Position numbers and translations under genes: made by a program | Shown here: in pieces, positions 21,052 to 32,688 of the stretch | Position numbering within the stretch: the stretch's first letter is position 1 | Layout: every line of letters starts with the position of its first letter | Notes under the pieces: generated by a model | Told to the model about the DNA's origin: nothing | The model's input: only the letters and a program-made list of their open reading frames with translations | The model's database searches: none | Source: Epithemia pelagica | Taxonomy: Eukaryota > Protista > Bacillariophyta | Assembly (NCBI GenBank): GCA_946965045.2 | Contig: OX337241.1 | Location: forward strand, 1 to 64,000 | DNA length: 64,000 bases | Reading direction: 5' to 3'

Positions 21052-21217
21052 GCTCAACTGACCAGCCAATCAAATGAACGTGATGAAATTCCAAAAAACC
21101 TGTTCCAATGAACTGACAGTACTACACACAGACAGACCGAGATCAAAGTAAAGGTGTGGTCAGCATCGCGACACACACTGAGCAAACATAAATTTTCCAA
21201 AGCGGTTTTCTCCCACC

Positions 21218-22156
21218 ATGTTGGTGACACAACGAACATTCATCAACTTGGCTCTGCCAATGCTTGGTAGAGCAAGACACTCACACTCACTTGATTTCTC
21301 ACGTGCTTTTCGTTCTTACTTTGGAATGTCTCCTTTGCTCTGTGTTCATGTGTGGGATGAATTGGACAGTTCATTGCCCAAAGGTGCATCGCCTTGTCAT
21401 TTGTTGTGGACACTGGCTTTTCTGAAAGTCTATGCTACAGAGGATGTTATGGTCTCAATAGCCAAAACAACGAGGAAGACCTACAGGAAGTGGGTCAAAG
21501 TGTTTGTAAATTTGTTGTATAGTGGTCTTAATTATGTAAGTACATGGCCCTACATGAATTTGCCATGAAGTCGTCCTCCTCATATCTGACCATTGCTGTT
21601 GTTCTTATAACAGGTTGTATGGGACAATAGGTTTGATTGTTGTGTACCTGGACAGGTCTGTTTCATTAGTTTGGATGGTACTGACTTCAGGATTTTGGAG
21701 CCGTCACCTTTTGATCCAAAATGGTACTCGCACAAGTTTAAGGGAGCAGGTGTGAGGTATGAGGTGGGAATCTGCCTGAAAACTGGCTGGATAGTGTGGT
21801 GGAATGGTGCATTCCCTTGTGGCGCTTGGCCAGACCTACAGATTGCCAGAGACTGGCTTGTTCAAGAGCTACTACCGAACGAGAAAGTGATTGCTGATGG
21901 TGGTTACAACGATTCTGGATGCTACTTTGTCACACCTACTGGAGGAAATGACTATCAAGACAAGATGATGGCTGATGCCAGGGCGAGACATGAAACTGTC
22001 AACAATTTACTGAAACATTACAATATCTTAAAGGAGAAATATAGAGGAGATCTGGATGGGCATCACAAGGTGTTTGGAGCAGTGGTGAATCTGGTTCAGA
22101 TGAAGATTGAAAATGGTGAGGCGAAAGTGTTTCAGATCGAAGTGGAAGATGACTAG
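21218..22156 (+). CDS. PIF/Harbinger DDE transposase (DDE_Tnp_4-like), 286 aa, two exons, intact
   Basis: Exon 21218-21535, intron 21536-21613 (GTAAGT...AACAG), exon 21614-22156, in frame. Motifs SLDGTD, YSHKFK, IADGGY, RARHETVN. Confidence 0.93.
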
Positions 22157-22742
22157 CAGTACAAATATGTAGCGGTTATGAACCGGGTGGTGGTGGGTTT
22201 TAATAGTACTAGCAGTAAGTATATCATCTTTTGTCGCTAGAGTGTTCTTTATTCAGAAAAAGCGTTCGGTAACTCCTATAGGTCACAGTCAGTATCTGAC
22301 TGGTAAGGTAGCGACCTGCTCAGGATTACCCCATCTCCCTGTGCGGCGTGTGCGTGGGGGCTTTTAGTTTGGGTCGAAACCATTGGGCCCAAGACGATTC
22401 TCGTTCGTCGAAGGGCCCAATGCGCGGCGAGCACGACAATGACGATCGAATCGATCACCAACCCACGAGGCAAACGAATCGGCGAACCGTCGTCTTCTTA
22501 TCATCCTCTTTTTCTAATAGCGGTTCCTAGCCACGCAACGAAACAGGAAATTGCGTGAGTGAGCAACGTTCGAAACCAAGCGGAAGAAGAAGAAGAAGAA
22601 TCATCCCACAATCGACAATCATCCAGAAGTGTGGACAGCCTACTACGAACGAACGCTACAAGAATCGGGAAAAGGAGAACCACATACTACTACTCTCTCC
22701 GTCTGCACCTTGCCAGTCGATCGAGAGTCCAACGACGCCATC

Positions 22743-23597
22743 ATGACAACTCGTTCCCTACAGGCAAGTCCTGTCGACCAGGACAAGGAACCGGAATGGA
22801 TGCCGTACGCCCGTACGCATTTCCGAGACTTGTCGTGGGGCGAACCCTTGCACTTGCCGGAATGGTCTGCTGGTAGTCCTTTGTGCCATGACAACAATGA
22901 CACTGATGACAACAATGACCAGAGCCACGTGTATCGACGAGACCAGGGCTGGCAGGGCCGTGATTTGTTGCATGACACGCAATCTCCGATTCGCATTACC
23001 CATTATTTTGTCCGATATGGCTCGGGTGGACCCGATTGTGGTTTGCCCTTTACATCTTCCAGTGTGCGTGGCGGAGTCGGAACCCTGGTCACGGGCTTGG
23101 TTCATTTTACGGCACGTGCTGAATCGCATAAGGGCAAGTGTCATGGCGGAGGCTTTTGCAGTGTCATGGACGATGTCCTGGCGTGGTGTGGCATGGTCGT
23201 CAGTGGCCGTTGTTTGCCCTGGTCCGGAGTGACGGTCCAAGTCAATACCACTCTGTTGGCGTCCATTCCACTCGATTCTCGACTCGTTGTGCAAGCCTGG
23301 GTCACGCGCATTCAAAAGAGTCGCAAAATTTGGGTCCAAGCCCGCTTGTTCAATCCCCAAACGATTGAAACCTTGCAAGCCTTGTCGTCGTCGTTGTCTC
23401 CTTCTCTACTAATGGAACCCACATCTCTGGACCCTTCCACCACAAAACCGTGGATGGCACAGAGTAGTCACCATGGAGAAACTGTGCATGCCGTTGGAAC
23501 TGGATTGGTTCTCTTGAATAAAAATGTCTTGCCGAATGACACCGACTTGATGATGAACAAGCCAACTCGTCCTGGACGAATCCAGAGTCGACTCTGA
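22743..23597 (+). CDS. HotDog-fold acyl-CoA thioesterase (PaaI/THEM4-like)
   Basis: Motif ESHKGKCHGGGFCSVMDD, followed by GVTVQVNTTLLASIP and KIWVQARL. Confidence 0.85.
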   Translation: MTTRSLQASPVDQDKEPEWMPYARTHFRDLSWGEPLHLPEWSAGSPLCHDNNDTDDNNDQSHVYRRDQGWQGRDLLHDTQSPIRITHYFVRYGSGGPDCGLPFTSSSVRGGVGTLVTGLVHFTARAESHKGKCHGGGFCSVMDDVLAWCGMVVSGRCLPWSGVTVQVNTTLLASIPLDSRLVVQAWVTRIQKSRKIWVQARLFNPQTIETLQALSSSLSPSLLMEPTSLDPSTTKPWMAQSSHHGETVHAVGTGLVLLNKNVLPNDTDLMMNKPTRPGRIQSRL

Positions 23598-25112
23598 ACA
23601 CTCTCTCATGGACTTCTGCTGTATGTCTTGTCGCGGCGGTCAGAGTTTCACACATGGTGTTCTGGTGGCTTGGTGAGACCAAGCGCCGTCATTTTGGCTT
23701 GGTACCAAATTCTCCGTGTGCCAAGCATATGGCAATCGTCCATCGATACTCGCTGGCGTGTTGGATGCGATCCTACGAGCATCGTCATGTCGCTTAGTGG
23801 AGACTCATTCTTCCCAGTGGGGCCCATCCTGCACCGTGGGATAAATGGTTTTGGAGTGTGGCCTAGCAGAGATTACGCTTGTTCGAACGCCCCTATTGGC
23901 ACACAACAGTCAGTCGTCCCACCACTCTGGAGACAGGGGTCGCCTTTTTGGAAACATGAAATGGAGTGTTATGGACCAACAAAACAAAAACAAAAGGGTT
24001 GGAGAGTGACCGCTGTGATCTAACTAGAAACGAGCACCTTTTGGAATTCGGACAATTCCCTAGTGTAGGATACCTTGCGTAGCTGGTTCCCTTGAGTAGA
24101 ATACCGCAAGGTTGTTGGTATTGGTCAAACAGTCTGGGGATGGCTGCCAAAGATGATGATTCGAACAGTACTGTTGTTACCATAGGTTATGGAGCTAGGA
24201 GTAACTCTGTTGGAAGTTGACAGGGTAGCATTCATAGTCGAGGTAGCATTGGGGAGGAGCTGGCCGGCGCAATCGTCGCCGGGGGATACCATAGCAACAG
24301 GCAACGCATTCCGAAAGAACACAACAAGAGTTGGGTCCAAGAAACAAGGCGGCACCACACGTTTGTGGTTGCGCGTGGCAACCGTCCGTCCAGTGGGCTG
24401 CTCTACGAATGACAAGCAATACGCAGTCTCTTTCTGCAACGGATACGCAGTCTCTTTCTGGAACGGATCCAGTTTAAAAGATGCTTTCTATTACGATTGG
24501 TGGATGGAGGTCACGGTTGTGAAACCATCATGTTGTAGTTGTTCTTCTTTCACTTTATTCTTTTCTTCAATTCCCAAACAAGCAACCATCCAGTCAGTCA
24601 TGGACACGTGAACTGTTGTGAACGACCCAGAATCACACCAACGACAGCTGGTTGTTCCGCGTTCGTTGTGTGGTTTGTGGCGTCGTTCGTGGATCCGGTC
24701 CGGATGACTGCTTGGGTGCTGCTGACACGAGACTCTGCTGTGGTACGTACCGCATATTCGTCCACCTCCCCCACCATTAGGCGAGAGAGATGGGTCTTCT
24801 TTCTTCTTCATTGTCCATAATTGCATTTTAAAACATACAAATAATGATTGTATATTGTCGTGGAGAAGTAGGACGTTCCAACTAGTTCCAACGCCAACAA
24901 TGAGATCGGACGGTGTCCTTCCAGCGACTGAGCGGAAAGATGGTAGGGATGTTGGCAATCTTGGGCCATACACGAGAAATGGAGAAAGAGCTCGGCCCAT
25001 ACAAGGGAATCACGGATATGGGACTGATCGAACTGTACTTTCGTTCACAGTCCCTCTTGCAGGCAATTGTCGAACGATTTGTGTCTTCACCTTCTTGGAA
25101 CGAACGAATGTG

Positions 25113-25458
25113 ATATAAGACTGGTCTGTTCAAACAGAAGGATTTTTCAAAAATCCTTCTCTCGAGATATCGCGCTCCAAAGTTTTATGGTTGCGCGCGG
25201 CTCGTACCCCTAAGGTCATTCACACGCGAGACTCACGTAGTCTTCTTACACCTGTGCCACACAAACCCCATTAGGGTTTTCAGTACTAGAGTTTCGTTGG
25301 GCAAACTTTAACCAAATATTCAACGATCTATATCTCAATTTCGCAAGACATATACAGGCTCAATCGAAAGAGCGCTGAAAGACGATTCGATCTATGGGCT
25401 TATCTCGAATCCGACACATACAATTTGATCCCTCCCTTTGAACAGACCAGTCTTATAT
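25113..25458. mobile_element. MITE, about 346 bp, with perfect 22-bp terminal inverted repeats
   Basis: ATATAAGACTGGTCTGTTCAAA (25113-25134) and TTTGAACAGACCAGTCTTATAT (25437-25458), non-coding interior. The outer bases could be a TA, AT or ATAT TSD. Confidence 0.8.
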
Positions 25459-25866
25459 GTGACAGGGGAGTCATTCCCGGTACGCCAGCAACCCAAGAGT
25501 AAGAGTGGTCAATTCTTATGGATCAAGGGCCATAACTGTCGCGACGTCTGGCATCTTGGGTGTCTCGTTTGAGAGTTGGTAGGGAATCTTGCCAAACCCA
25601 AACAAACTTTTTGCTCCCACAAAAAAAGACCACACACGGCAACCAACCGAGTTTCCAGTGTGCAACAACGAAACAAGAACAAGCAACAACTACACCTCTC
25701 AAATACGGCCAAGCAAGTGCTGACGGTTCTTCTCTTTTCGCTTGACAGAAAGGCCCAACAACACCGACAAATACACCTCCTCCTCCCGAAAAACCAGAAA
25801 CAACCTGGCACAACCCAATTCTCCAATCAATACTATCCAGTATCCTGTATATGATCGATTACTACT

Positions 25867-27699
25867 ATGGAGTTTCCAGCCTCTCCGCAACGACCCATTA
25901 CGGGCTTTCGATCCGTGACGGTTCCAGCTCATTGCGAAGACACGTTTGCGGATGAATTGGAATGGAACATGTTGCAATTGAAACACGATGACAACATGTA
26001 TCAGTTGCGATACGACGACGACGATGATAATGACAATGATACGCGCAGTACCAGCAAGAGTGGACGCCGCAATCGACCACCACGACGAAAAAGCAACAGC
26101 AGTAAGGGCAGCAAAGGCAGTCAAGGCAGTAAAACAAGTCGCAGTCGCAGCAAGAGTCGTCGACGAAACAGCATGACGTATGACGATGCGAATGAAACCG
26201 ACGATGAAGATTTGGCCATGGCCAAGGCCATTGCCAACAAGAGCAAGCAACTAACCTTGAAGCGACGACAACAAGATACAAACTCTAACAAGAAGAAGAC
26301 CAACAAGAAGCAAAAGGACAAGAAGGACAAGAAAAAGTCCAAAACGAAAAAGGACCAAAAGGACAAAACAAAGAAACGCAAAATGCCAAAGGGTGCGTCT
26401 TCTCCAAAGCTTCATTCGAGCAGTAGTTGTACCGGGACCGTTGCCACTGAGAGTAGTGCCGGGAGTAGTTCTCATCGTCTCAGCCTGGGCAGTACCAAGT
26501 CGGCTGCTTCCTCCTTGAAACGACCTCGAGCACAAGGATCCGATTCGCCAGCGGCCAGTCCCAAATCCACCAAACGTACCACAGGAAAAAGCAGCAGCAA
26601 AAAGACGGCGCGACCCAAGCAGGGTCGACGCCACTCCACCTCCATGGTGGTGGATGAAACTCCCGAAGATCGTTCCATTGCAAGCAACTTGGCTCGATCC
26701 TATTCCTCTTTGTGCTCCTCCACCAAACAAGAAACGGAATACGCCTCGGACCAAGAAGAACCAGACGAACACGAACCACTCAAAGAACAGACTGTTGTTG
26801 GGTATACCGAATTGGACCATGGTGCTTCGGCCCTCGTGTTGCAACGATGGTTGCGGGGATGGTGGGCCCGCTTGCAGTACCGGATTCGATTCTTGCAGGC
26901 CAAACTCGACTATTACAACAATCTGGAACCACCCACAGTGCCTCCAGTCGATCCTTTTCACATGCCACACGAAATCCAATGGACCACAGCCATTAGTAAG
27001 GAGGAGGATTCCGCCAACGATACCTATGCCATGATTGTGGACAAGATGGAAAATATGGTGGAAGAATTGCAAGATGACAATGAATACCTGCGCTTGGAAC
27101 AAACCAAATTGAAAAAGGCCATGGACACGATGCGCGAACAAAATGACCGATTGGAAGCCATTCATTCCAAGGTGTCGACCGAAGTGCAAAAGTTGCAACA
27201 ACACTATCAACAAATTCAGGAAACTCATACCAAACTGGTCCAGGCCGATCAAGTCTACCGGGAACGAGTCGAAACGCTTCAACAACAAGTCGATGCCAGT
27301 CATGCCACGTACCGGGCCGATCAACGAGTCAAGGCCTTGTATCAAACCAATGTCGAGCGTATTTTGGACAAGATCCAAGAACGAGACTTGATCGCCTCGC
27401 AACCACTCCTCGTGCAATCCCTTCAAGATTCGGTTCAAGACATGGTGTCGGACAAGACGACCTTTGACATGCCAAAATCGCTCCTACCCGCTTCCGCTGT
27501 AGCGGCTGCGTCGTCCAAGACGGAGGACGACAATGAGAGTGATGACGACGAAACATGTGGTTCAGAACATGACGACGACAACAACGATGACGAGGAGGAT
27601 GACGATGAGGATTCCTGTTCCAGTGACGACGATTCGTACTGCAGCTCCGACGAGGATTCGGACTCCGAGTCGGAGGGTGCTTCCTTCTTTGAAGGATAG
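25867..27699 (+). CDS. IQ-motif coiled-coil protein with Lys/Ser-rich N-terminus and Asp-rich tail; probable paralog of 9051-11834
   Basis: 610-aa ORF. LQRWLRGWWARLQYR followed by a coiled coil, the same layout as the gene at 9051. Confidence 0.8.
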   Translation: MEFPASPQRPITGFRSVTVPAHCEDTFADELEWNMLQLKHDDNMYQLRYDDDDDNDNDTRSTSKSGRRNRPPRRKSNSSKGSKGSQGSKTSRSRSKSRRRNSMTYDDANETDDEDLAMAKAIANKSKQLTLKRRQQDTNSNKKKTNKKQKDKKDKKKSKTKKDQKDKTKKRKMPKGASSPKLHSSSSCTGTVATESSAGSSSHRLSLGSTKSAASSLKRPRAQGSDSPAASPKSTKRTTGKSSSKKTARPKQGRRHSTSMVVDETPEDRSIASNLARSYSSLCSSTKQETEYASDQEEPDEHEPLKEQTVVGYTELDHGASALVLQRWLRGWWARLQYRIRFLQAKLDYYNNLEPPTVPPVDPFHMPHEIQWTTAISKEEDSANDTYAMIVDKMENMVEELQDDNEYLRLEQTKLKKAMDTMREQNDRLEAIHSKVSTEVQKLQQHYQQIQETHTKLVQADQVYRERVETLQQQVDASHATYRADQRVKALYQTNVERILDKIQERDLIASQPLLVQSLQDSVQDMVSDKTTFDMPKSLLPASAVAAASSKTEDDNESDDDETCGSEHDDDNNDDEEDDDEDSCSSDDDSYCSSDEDSDSESEGASFFEG

Positions 27700-27976
27700 G
27701 AAACACGTACTTCATAACTGCCCTATTAGCTAGTAGGTAGTTTATGAAACTCACAGTGGTCCTACTACGGACAACACTAATCTCTAGCACCATAATTTTG
27801 TAATCCACACCGAGAGCAAACAAATTCCAGTATATACAGTAGAGAGTTTTATAAACTTGATTATACGACTCTTGCAAGTGTCAAGGCACAGCATGCCTTT
27901 CCAGTCGTCCACACTGAGAGTGGCTTTGTGTGTATGAACGGACGGTCGTTGTCACGTGGGTATCCTCCCATTCCAT

Positions 27977-29206
27977 TCAATTATGATGAGTCGAGGACGT
28001 GGACGACGACGAGTAGGTTCTCCACCGTTGACTGGCATTTTGACAGACAAACCTATGGAGCAGTGTCTTGTTGTTCGTGGAGGAGGATCGTTTCGCCGTG
28101 TTGGTTGGTCGCCGTTGCTCCAGGGCAGCTGTCCTGTATGGTTCCACTGCATTCCATGGTTCTTTCTGTGGTTGTTGCAGGAAGTCCTCCTCTTCATTGT
28201 GATCGTCGCGGTCCTCAATTCCACTACTGGCTGAATGTTGTATCCTTTCTGTATCTTGTATTTCTCCTCCAGAGGTCTCTTGGTGTGTTGCTTCTTGCGA
28301 ATGAGTGCCAGTGTCCACCATGGAGTAGGAGGAATCTCCTCCTCTTCCTCCTCGTTCGTCTTGCTCTTCGTTTCCGGGAAAACCCACCCAACTTTGTGCA
28401 CTCATCTGTGATGAGGCGGAACACAAGCGTGGTCGATTCTTTGGCGTTCGAGAGTCGCGACTTGTTGTTCTGGTGTGGGAATCCGCCGCAGCATGGATCG
28501 AAAACGACGAATCCACCACGGAAGATAGGGACACGGCCCGTCGAATGCCTTGTTGTCGGAGAGAACAAGTAGTTGGTGATGAAACAGTAGGAGAAGGAGA
28601 TGCAGATGGCACGGCAATGGTGGTGGGGAAGAAAAAGACCCCACGATCCTTGGCACTGTCCTTGAGAGGCAATGATGGTTGCGTCGTTGCAATGCTTTGG
28701 TTGGTAGTACTAGTACGACCATTGCTGGCAGGCACAACTCTGGTGGTTCCCACTAGCACCGGTACACTGAGTGACCGTGAACTCTGCGAGAGACGACCCT
28801 GCAAGATGTTTTCATCGTCCAGTTCCTCCTCCTCCAGTTGCTCTTGTGAGCTACGACTGGACCTCCAACTACGCCAGGAGTTGCGACCAAGTCTTCTTCT
28901 CCGTGTTGTAGTTTGGTGAATCGCATTGCTTTTGCTGGAAGTGGTGGTGGTTGCTGGTGTGGTGCCTCCTGCACTTTCCAACGAAGAAATGGAGAGGGAG
29001 GACGTGGAGGAGGATCGCAATCGGAGCCCCGTACGCATTCTCCTTGTTGTGGTTGAAGCTGCCTTTTTGGTTTGTCCACTGCCGAATTTTGGTTCTTCGG
29101 GGCCAAAGCCAGCTCCGTACATTACCATGGTATCGTGGCATGTCCGTGGACCGTGGTCGATTGGTACCACTTGAGCTCTCGGCGTTGTGGAGGATGAGAA
29201 TACCAT
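27977..29206 (-). CDS. Hypothetical low-complexity Ser/Thr-rich protein
   Basis: 409-aa ORF with the codon style of neighbouring genes. No recognisable domain, start uncertain. Confidence 0.45.
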   Translation of the reverse strand: MVFSSSTTPRAQVVPIDHGPRTCHDTMVMYGAGFGPEEPKFGSGQTKKAASTTTRRMRTGLRLRSSSTSSLSISSLESAGGTTPATTTTSSKSNAIHQTTTRRRRLGRNSWRSWRSSRSSQEQLEEEELDDENILQGRLSQSSRSLSVPVLVGTTRVVPASNGRTSTTNQSIATTQPSLPLKDSAKDRGVFFFPTTIAVPSASPSPTVSSPTTCSLRQQGIRRAVSLSSVVDSSFSIHAAADSHTRTTSRDSRTPKNRPRLCSASSQMSAQSWVGFPGNEEQDERGGRGGDSSYSMVDTGTHSQEATHQETSGGEIQDTERIQHSASSGIEDRDDHNEEEDFLQQPQKEPWNAVEPYRTAALEQRRPTNTAKRSSSTNNKTLLHRFVCQNASQRWRTYSSSSTSSTHHN

Positions 29207-30097
29207 ACTGTGGTTTCCAATTCAATTCAATTCAATCCAATCCGATCGTCGTCACTCACTCAGTGACTAACAGCCAGACTGTTCACTAGCAACGCCAAAT
29301 TTTCAATGGCACTCTCTAATACGAGCGACAACCACCAACGCCAACAGAGGGGGTCTTGTTTGTGTTGTTGTTGTGGTTGTTGTGGTTGTCGTCCCCCAAC
29401 ACAACGGCCAATGTGGTGGCTGCTGTGGGGGTCGTGGAGAATCGCCTTTTTGTGCCGGGTCGTGGAATCGCCTTTTGTGGTTGTCTCTCCCCCAATCACA
29501 CCCACGCACAACAACAAGAAGAGGAACGACAATGACAACAAGAGGGTGTTTGGTTGGTTGGTTGTAGCAAGCAAGAGATTGTGTGAGACTGTGTGGCATC
29601 GGTTGGTGTCCCGGTCGGCGTGTGGGTCCGGCAAACCTCCGTTAGCGCCGTGTCTCAACCGTCGCCAAGAAACGTGCTGGGCGATCTATCCCGGTACACA
29701 ACAATGAGAGATTCGTCGGTCCCAACGCACAATCTTACAATTTCCATGGACACAAAGCGAGCCAGTCGCACTCACCCCGATCCGGGATCTCTCGCCAAGA
29801 GAGAGAAGGGGCGACACATCATAGCCATGGTAGCTGACGTTTGGATCGAACTACTCCTCTAACATATCGCCGCGTGTGAGAGATCCAGTTTTTGTTCCTA
29901 TTAGTCATAGTACCTCTTCGAAGAATGGATTACCATATGGAACATAATAATATCATGCAGTGACTTCCAAGCCTGGTCACAATGAAGACGACATGGTATT
30001 CTAACGAATCGAGTTCCATGCCATTCTGAAATACGGAAGGACACGCCCAAAAGAGTGGAACGAAAGACAGACATAGCCAAGGTAGCCAAGTCTTCGG

Positions 30098-31783
30098 ATG
30101 AATCGTGCTGCTCCAACCTCGTCAATTTCATATTCCTCTAACACCAAAGCAAGCAGAATGGCATGTCATCCGGACGATCATGATGATTATAATGAGGAGG
30201 AGGATGAGATCGACGAGGAACCTTGGACCCTGTGGCAATGGGAACCAGTCGACGGTTCGGACCATGACAACAATCACCATGAATGGATCCTCGAACATTC
30301 GGGGGGCGACAACCATCCCAACAACAGCAACAACGACAATGAGGATTCGGAACAACACTTGGTGGTGAATTCCCTCCACGAACCGCAGCTGAATGCCGCT
30401 GCATGTCATCACCACAACACCACACTACAAGACTCGTCGTCGTTGTCCTCCTCGAGTAGTAGAAATGGCATTACCATTCTCTCCTCTGTTCCATCCTCGG
30501 TCCCCAACACCACACTGCACAATGGTCCTTCCTCGGCGAATGCCTCGCGGTTGTCCCTGGATCCCGAATCCTTGGACAGCTCGCAATTGCTACAAATAAT
30601 ACCGCCACATGATTCGTCGGAATCGTTGCGTTCCCACAATAACCACCTGGGCCCTTGGCAGCACAGCCCCCCACAAATCCTATCCCACAACCCACACGAG
30701 ACTACAACAACAACAAGTCTATCTTCCTCCTTGACCATGTCCTCCCACAGAACGACAGATGCAGCCGTTGCAGCAGAGACACTCTTCTCCCCGGCATCTG
30801 GCGGCTTGCTCACATGCTCCTCCATTATGGACGCCTCCATGAGCAGTCGCAGCAGTATCTCCTTGGTCGATTCTTCTTCTTCTGCTTCTTGTGTGTCGTC
30901 ATCCTCCTCCGAATCATCATTGTCTGCGTCGTCGTCGTCGTCCAGTACAAGAAGTGGGGACAATCTTCGTGGGGACGGTGTGGCTCATTCTTCATTGTCG
31001 TTCCTTCGCGACCATGACCAGCAGCAGCACACCAGGACCCAACAAGAAGAGGAGTATGCAGTCGGGACATTGGTACCAGCCACCAGCACTCCCAAACGGT
31101 TAGTAGTCGAGGACGATGTGGCGCAGGTAACTGGGTTGGGTTCGAATCCACCACAACAACAAGAAGTACAATCCGACAAACCAAAAGAACCGGAACCGAC
31201 TCTTTCACAAGAACAACAACAACAAGAACAACCACAGCCCAATCATGATGATGGTGATTCGTGTTGGTATGTCAATCTCCAGACCGAACAGGAATGGGAT
31301 GCCTGGCGTCACACTCTCTTGTCCATTGTCCGCCAACAGGAGCAGGCAGAATCTACTACTACTGCGAGAACTGACAACGACGACGAGGATCATGCCCTGG
31401 CCTTGCTGTTGGAGCAACAAGAAAACTTGTGGGAACAGCACCAACGGATCCAAGAGCGACGACGCCACTGGAATCGACTCCAAGGCATGCCTCGACAATG
31501 GTATCGAACCCTGGTTTCGTCCACACGAACAAGAACACCAGCAGCAACAACACACAAGGAAGAACCAACGAACGAGACCCCAATCGTCGTGGCGGAGCCA
31601 TTGGCTTGTGCCGAGACGAACCAAGCCACGACAATGACAACGATGACCCCATGGGCCACCAGGATGGTAGGAGGGTTGGTGGTTGTGACAGCGGCCTCGG
31701 CTGCGGCGATCGCTAGCATGATGCTTTTGGCACACCACAAGACCCAGTCTCGACCAACACCCGAACGACGACATGACGCATAA
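30098..31783 (+). CDS. Hypothetical low-complexity protein with C-terminal transmembrane anchor
   Basis: 561-aa ORF, hydrophobic MVGGLVVVTAASAAAIASMMLLA near the C-terminus. Confidence 0.65.
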   Translation: MNRAAPTSSISYSSNTKASRMACHPDDHDDYNEEEDEIDEEPWTLWQWEPVDGSDHDNNHHEWILEHSGGDNHPNNSNNDNEDSEQHLVVNSLHEPQLNAAACHHHNTTLQDSSSLSSSSSRNGITILSSVPSSVPNTTLHNGPSSANASRLSLDPESLDSSQLLQIIPPHDSSESLRSHNNHLGPWQHSPPQILSHNPHETTTTTSLSSSLTMSSHRTTDAAVAAETLFSPASGGLLTCSSIMDASMSSRSSISLVDSSSSASCVSSSSSESSLSASSSSSSTRSGDNLRGDGVAHSSLSFLRDHDQQQHTRTQQEEEYAVGTLVPATSTPKRLVVEDDVAQVTGLGSNPPQQQEVQSDKPKEPEPTLSQEQQQQEQPQPNHDDGDSCWYVNLQTEQEWDAWRHTLLSIVRQQEQAESTTTARTDNDDEDHALALLLEQQENLWEQHQRIQERRRHWNRLQGMPRQWYRTLVSSTRTRTPAATTHKEEPTNETPIVVAEPLACAETNQATTMTTMTPWATRMVGGLVVVTAASAAAIASMMLLAHHKTQSRPTPERRHDA

Positions 31784-32688
31784 ATCCTGTTTTCTCCATC
31801 CGGAACCAACAAGAACAACAATCACAAAACCACTCGTCCTAGACGTGCGAGCCGTGGGGATCCAAGAACACACTATGCTTTCGAATCATTCATTCCACTC
31901 TAATGGTTCTAGTTCACGAAACGAACCGCACGGGCTCGTTCCCTTTCCAAAACAAGTCCTCTTACCATAGTAGATAAAAATGGACATTCTTTCTTTCTTC
32001 TTCCGAACGAAACAACAATAGTCACAAAGCTCTTTCGTGTTCGGGATTCTCTAGCTATATACTTCTATAGCAGATAGCACAGTGCTGCGGGAACCTAGCA
32101 GCATGTCGGTCGCTTTGATTTAGATTTACACGCAGATAGGTCGGCCCTTCTTCCAGAGTCTCAACGGACGGGCTCGCGTACACTTTGGACCACACTCCAC
32201 GGATTGAGCGAGTTTCCAAAGAAAAAGATTGGAACGAGACGACGACCATGAGTGTTTGTGGATGAGGTGCTTGTGGTTCCTCCTGTCCGCTTCTGTCGTT
32301 GTTACCTCCTGTCCTTTCTCTGTACTCCGACTTTTTTCTTTGCTTGATCCGAGCAGATCACAAAGACGAGCGCCGTAGAAACAAGGTCCACTTGGTTTCC
32401 TACTCTGCTGGTTGTGTTGCTCTGTTGGTGTGAGGACTGTCTGTCGTCTGTGAAAAGAGAGAGGTTCGTACCACAGCAGATTTGACGGGCGTAAAAGGTA
32501 CGGGGACACAGTTTGCTGCTGGATTCTCTAGTATATACTCAAGAGTGAAAGCCCGCAAGACAAAAAAAGCATTGACTGTCACGAACCGATTCACGACAGG
32601 ACTCTATTCGAACGAAATTTGGACCAGCATTCCGACATTCCACAAACAGTGACTCTTGGATCCAATTTGCGCAACTATTACAAACACC

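Larger units (their letters stand above)
20060..22199. mobile_element. Full-length PIF/Harbinger DNA transposon, 2140 bp, TTA target-site duplication
   Basis: Left end TTA|GGCCCACCACCACCCGGTT, right end AACCGGGTGGTGGTGGGTT|TTA. Perfect 17-bp TIR core with the two terminal bases mismatched. TTA at 20057-20059 and 22200-22202. Encodes a DDE transposase and a second gene. Confidence 0.92.

Noticed and set aside
23600-25110. Short ORFs and a 24-bp tandem duplication at 24419-24468
   Set aside because: No coherent reading frame. The duplication looks like an ordinary slippage event.
31139-31149. GGTTCGAATCC T-loop motif suggesting a tRNA
   Set aside because: It lies within a coding ORF and no cloverleaf can be built around it.
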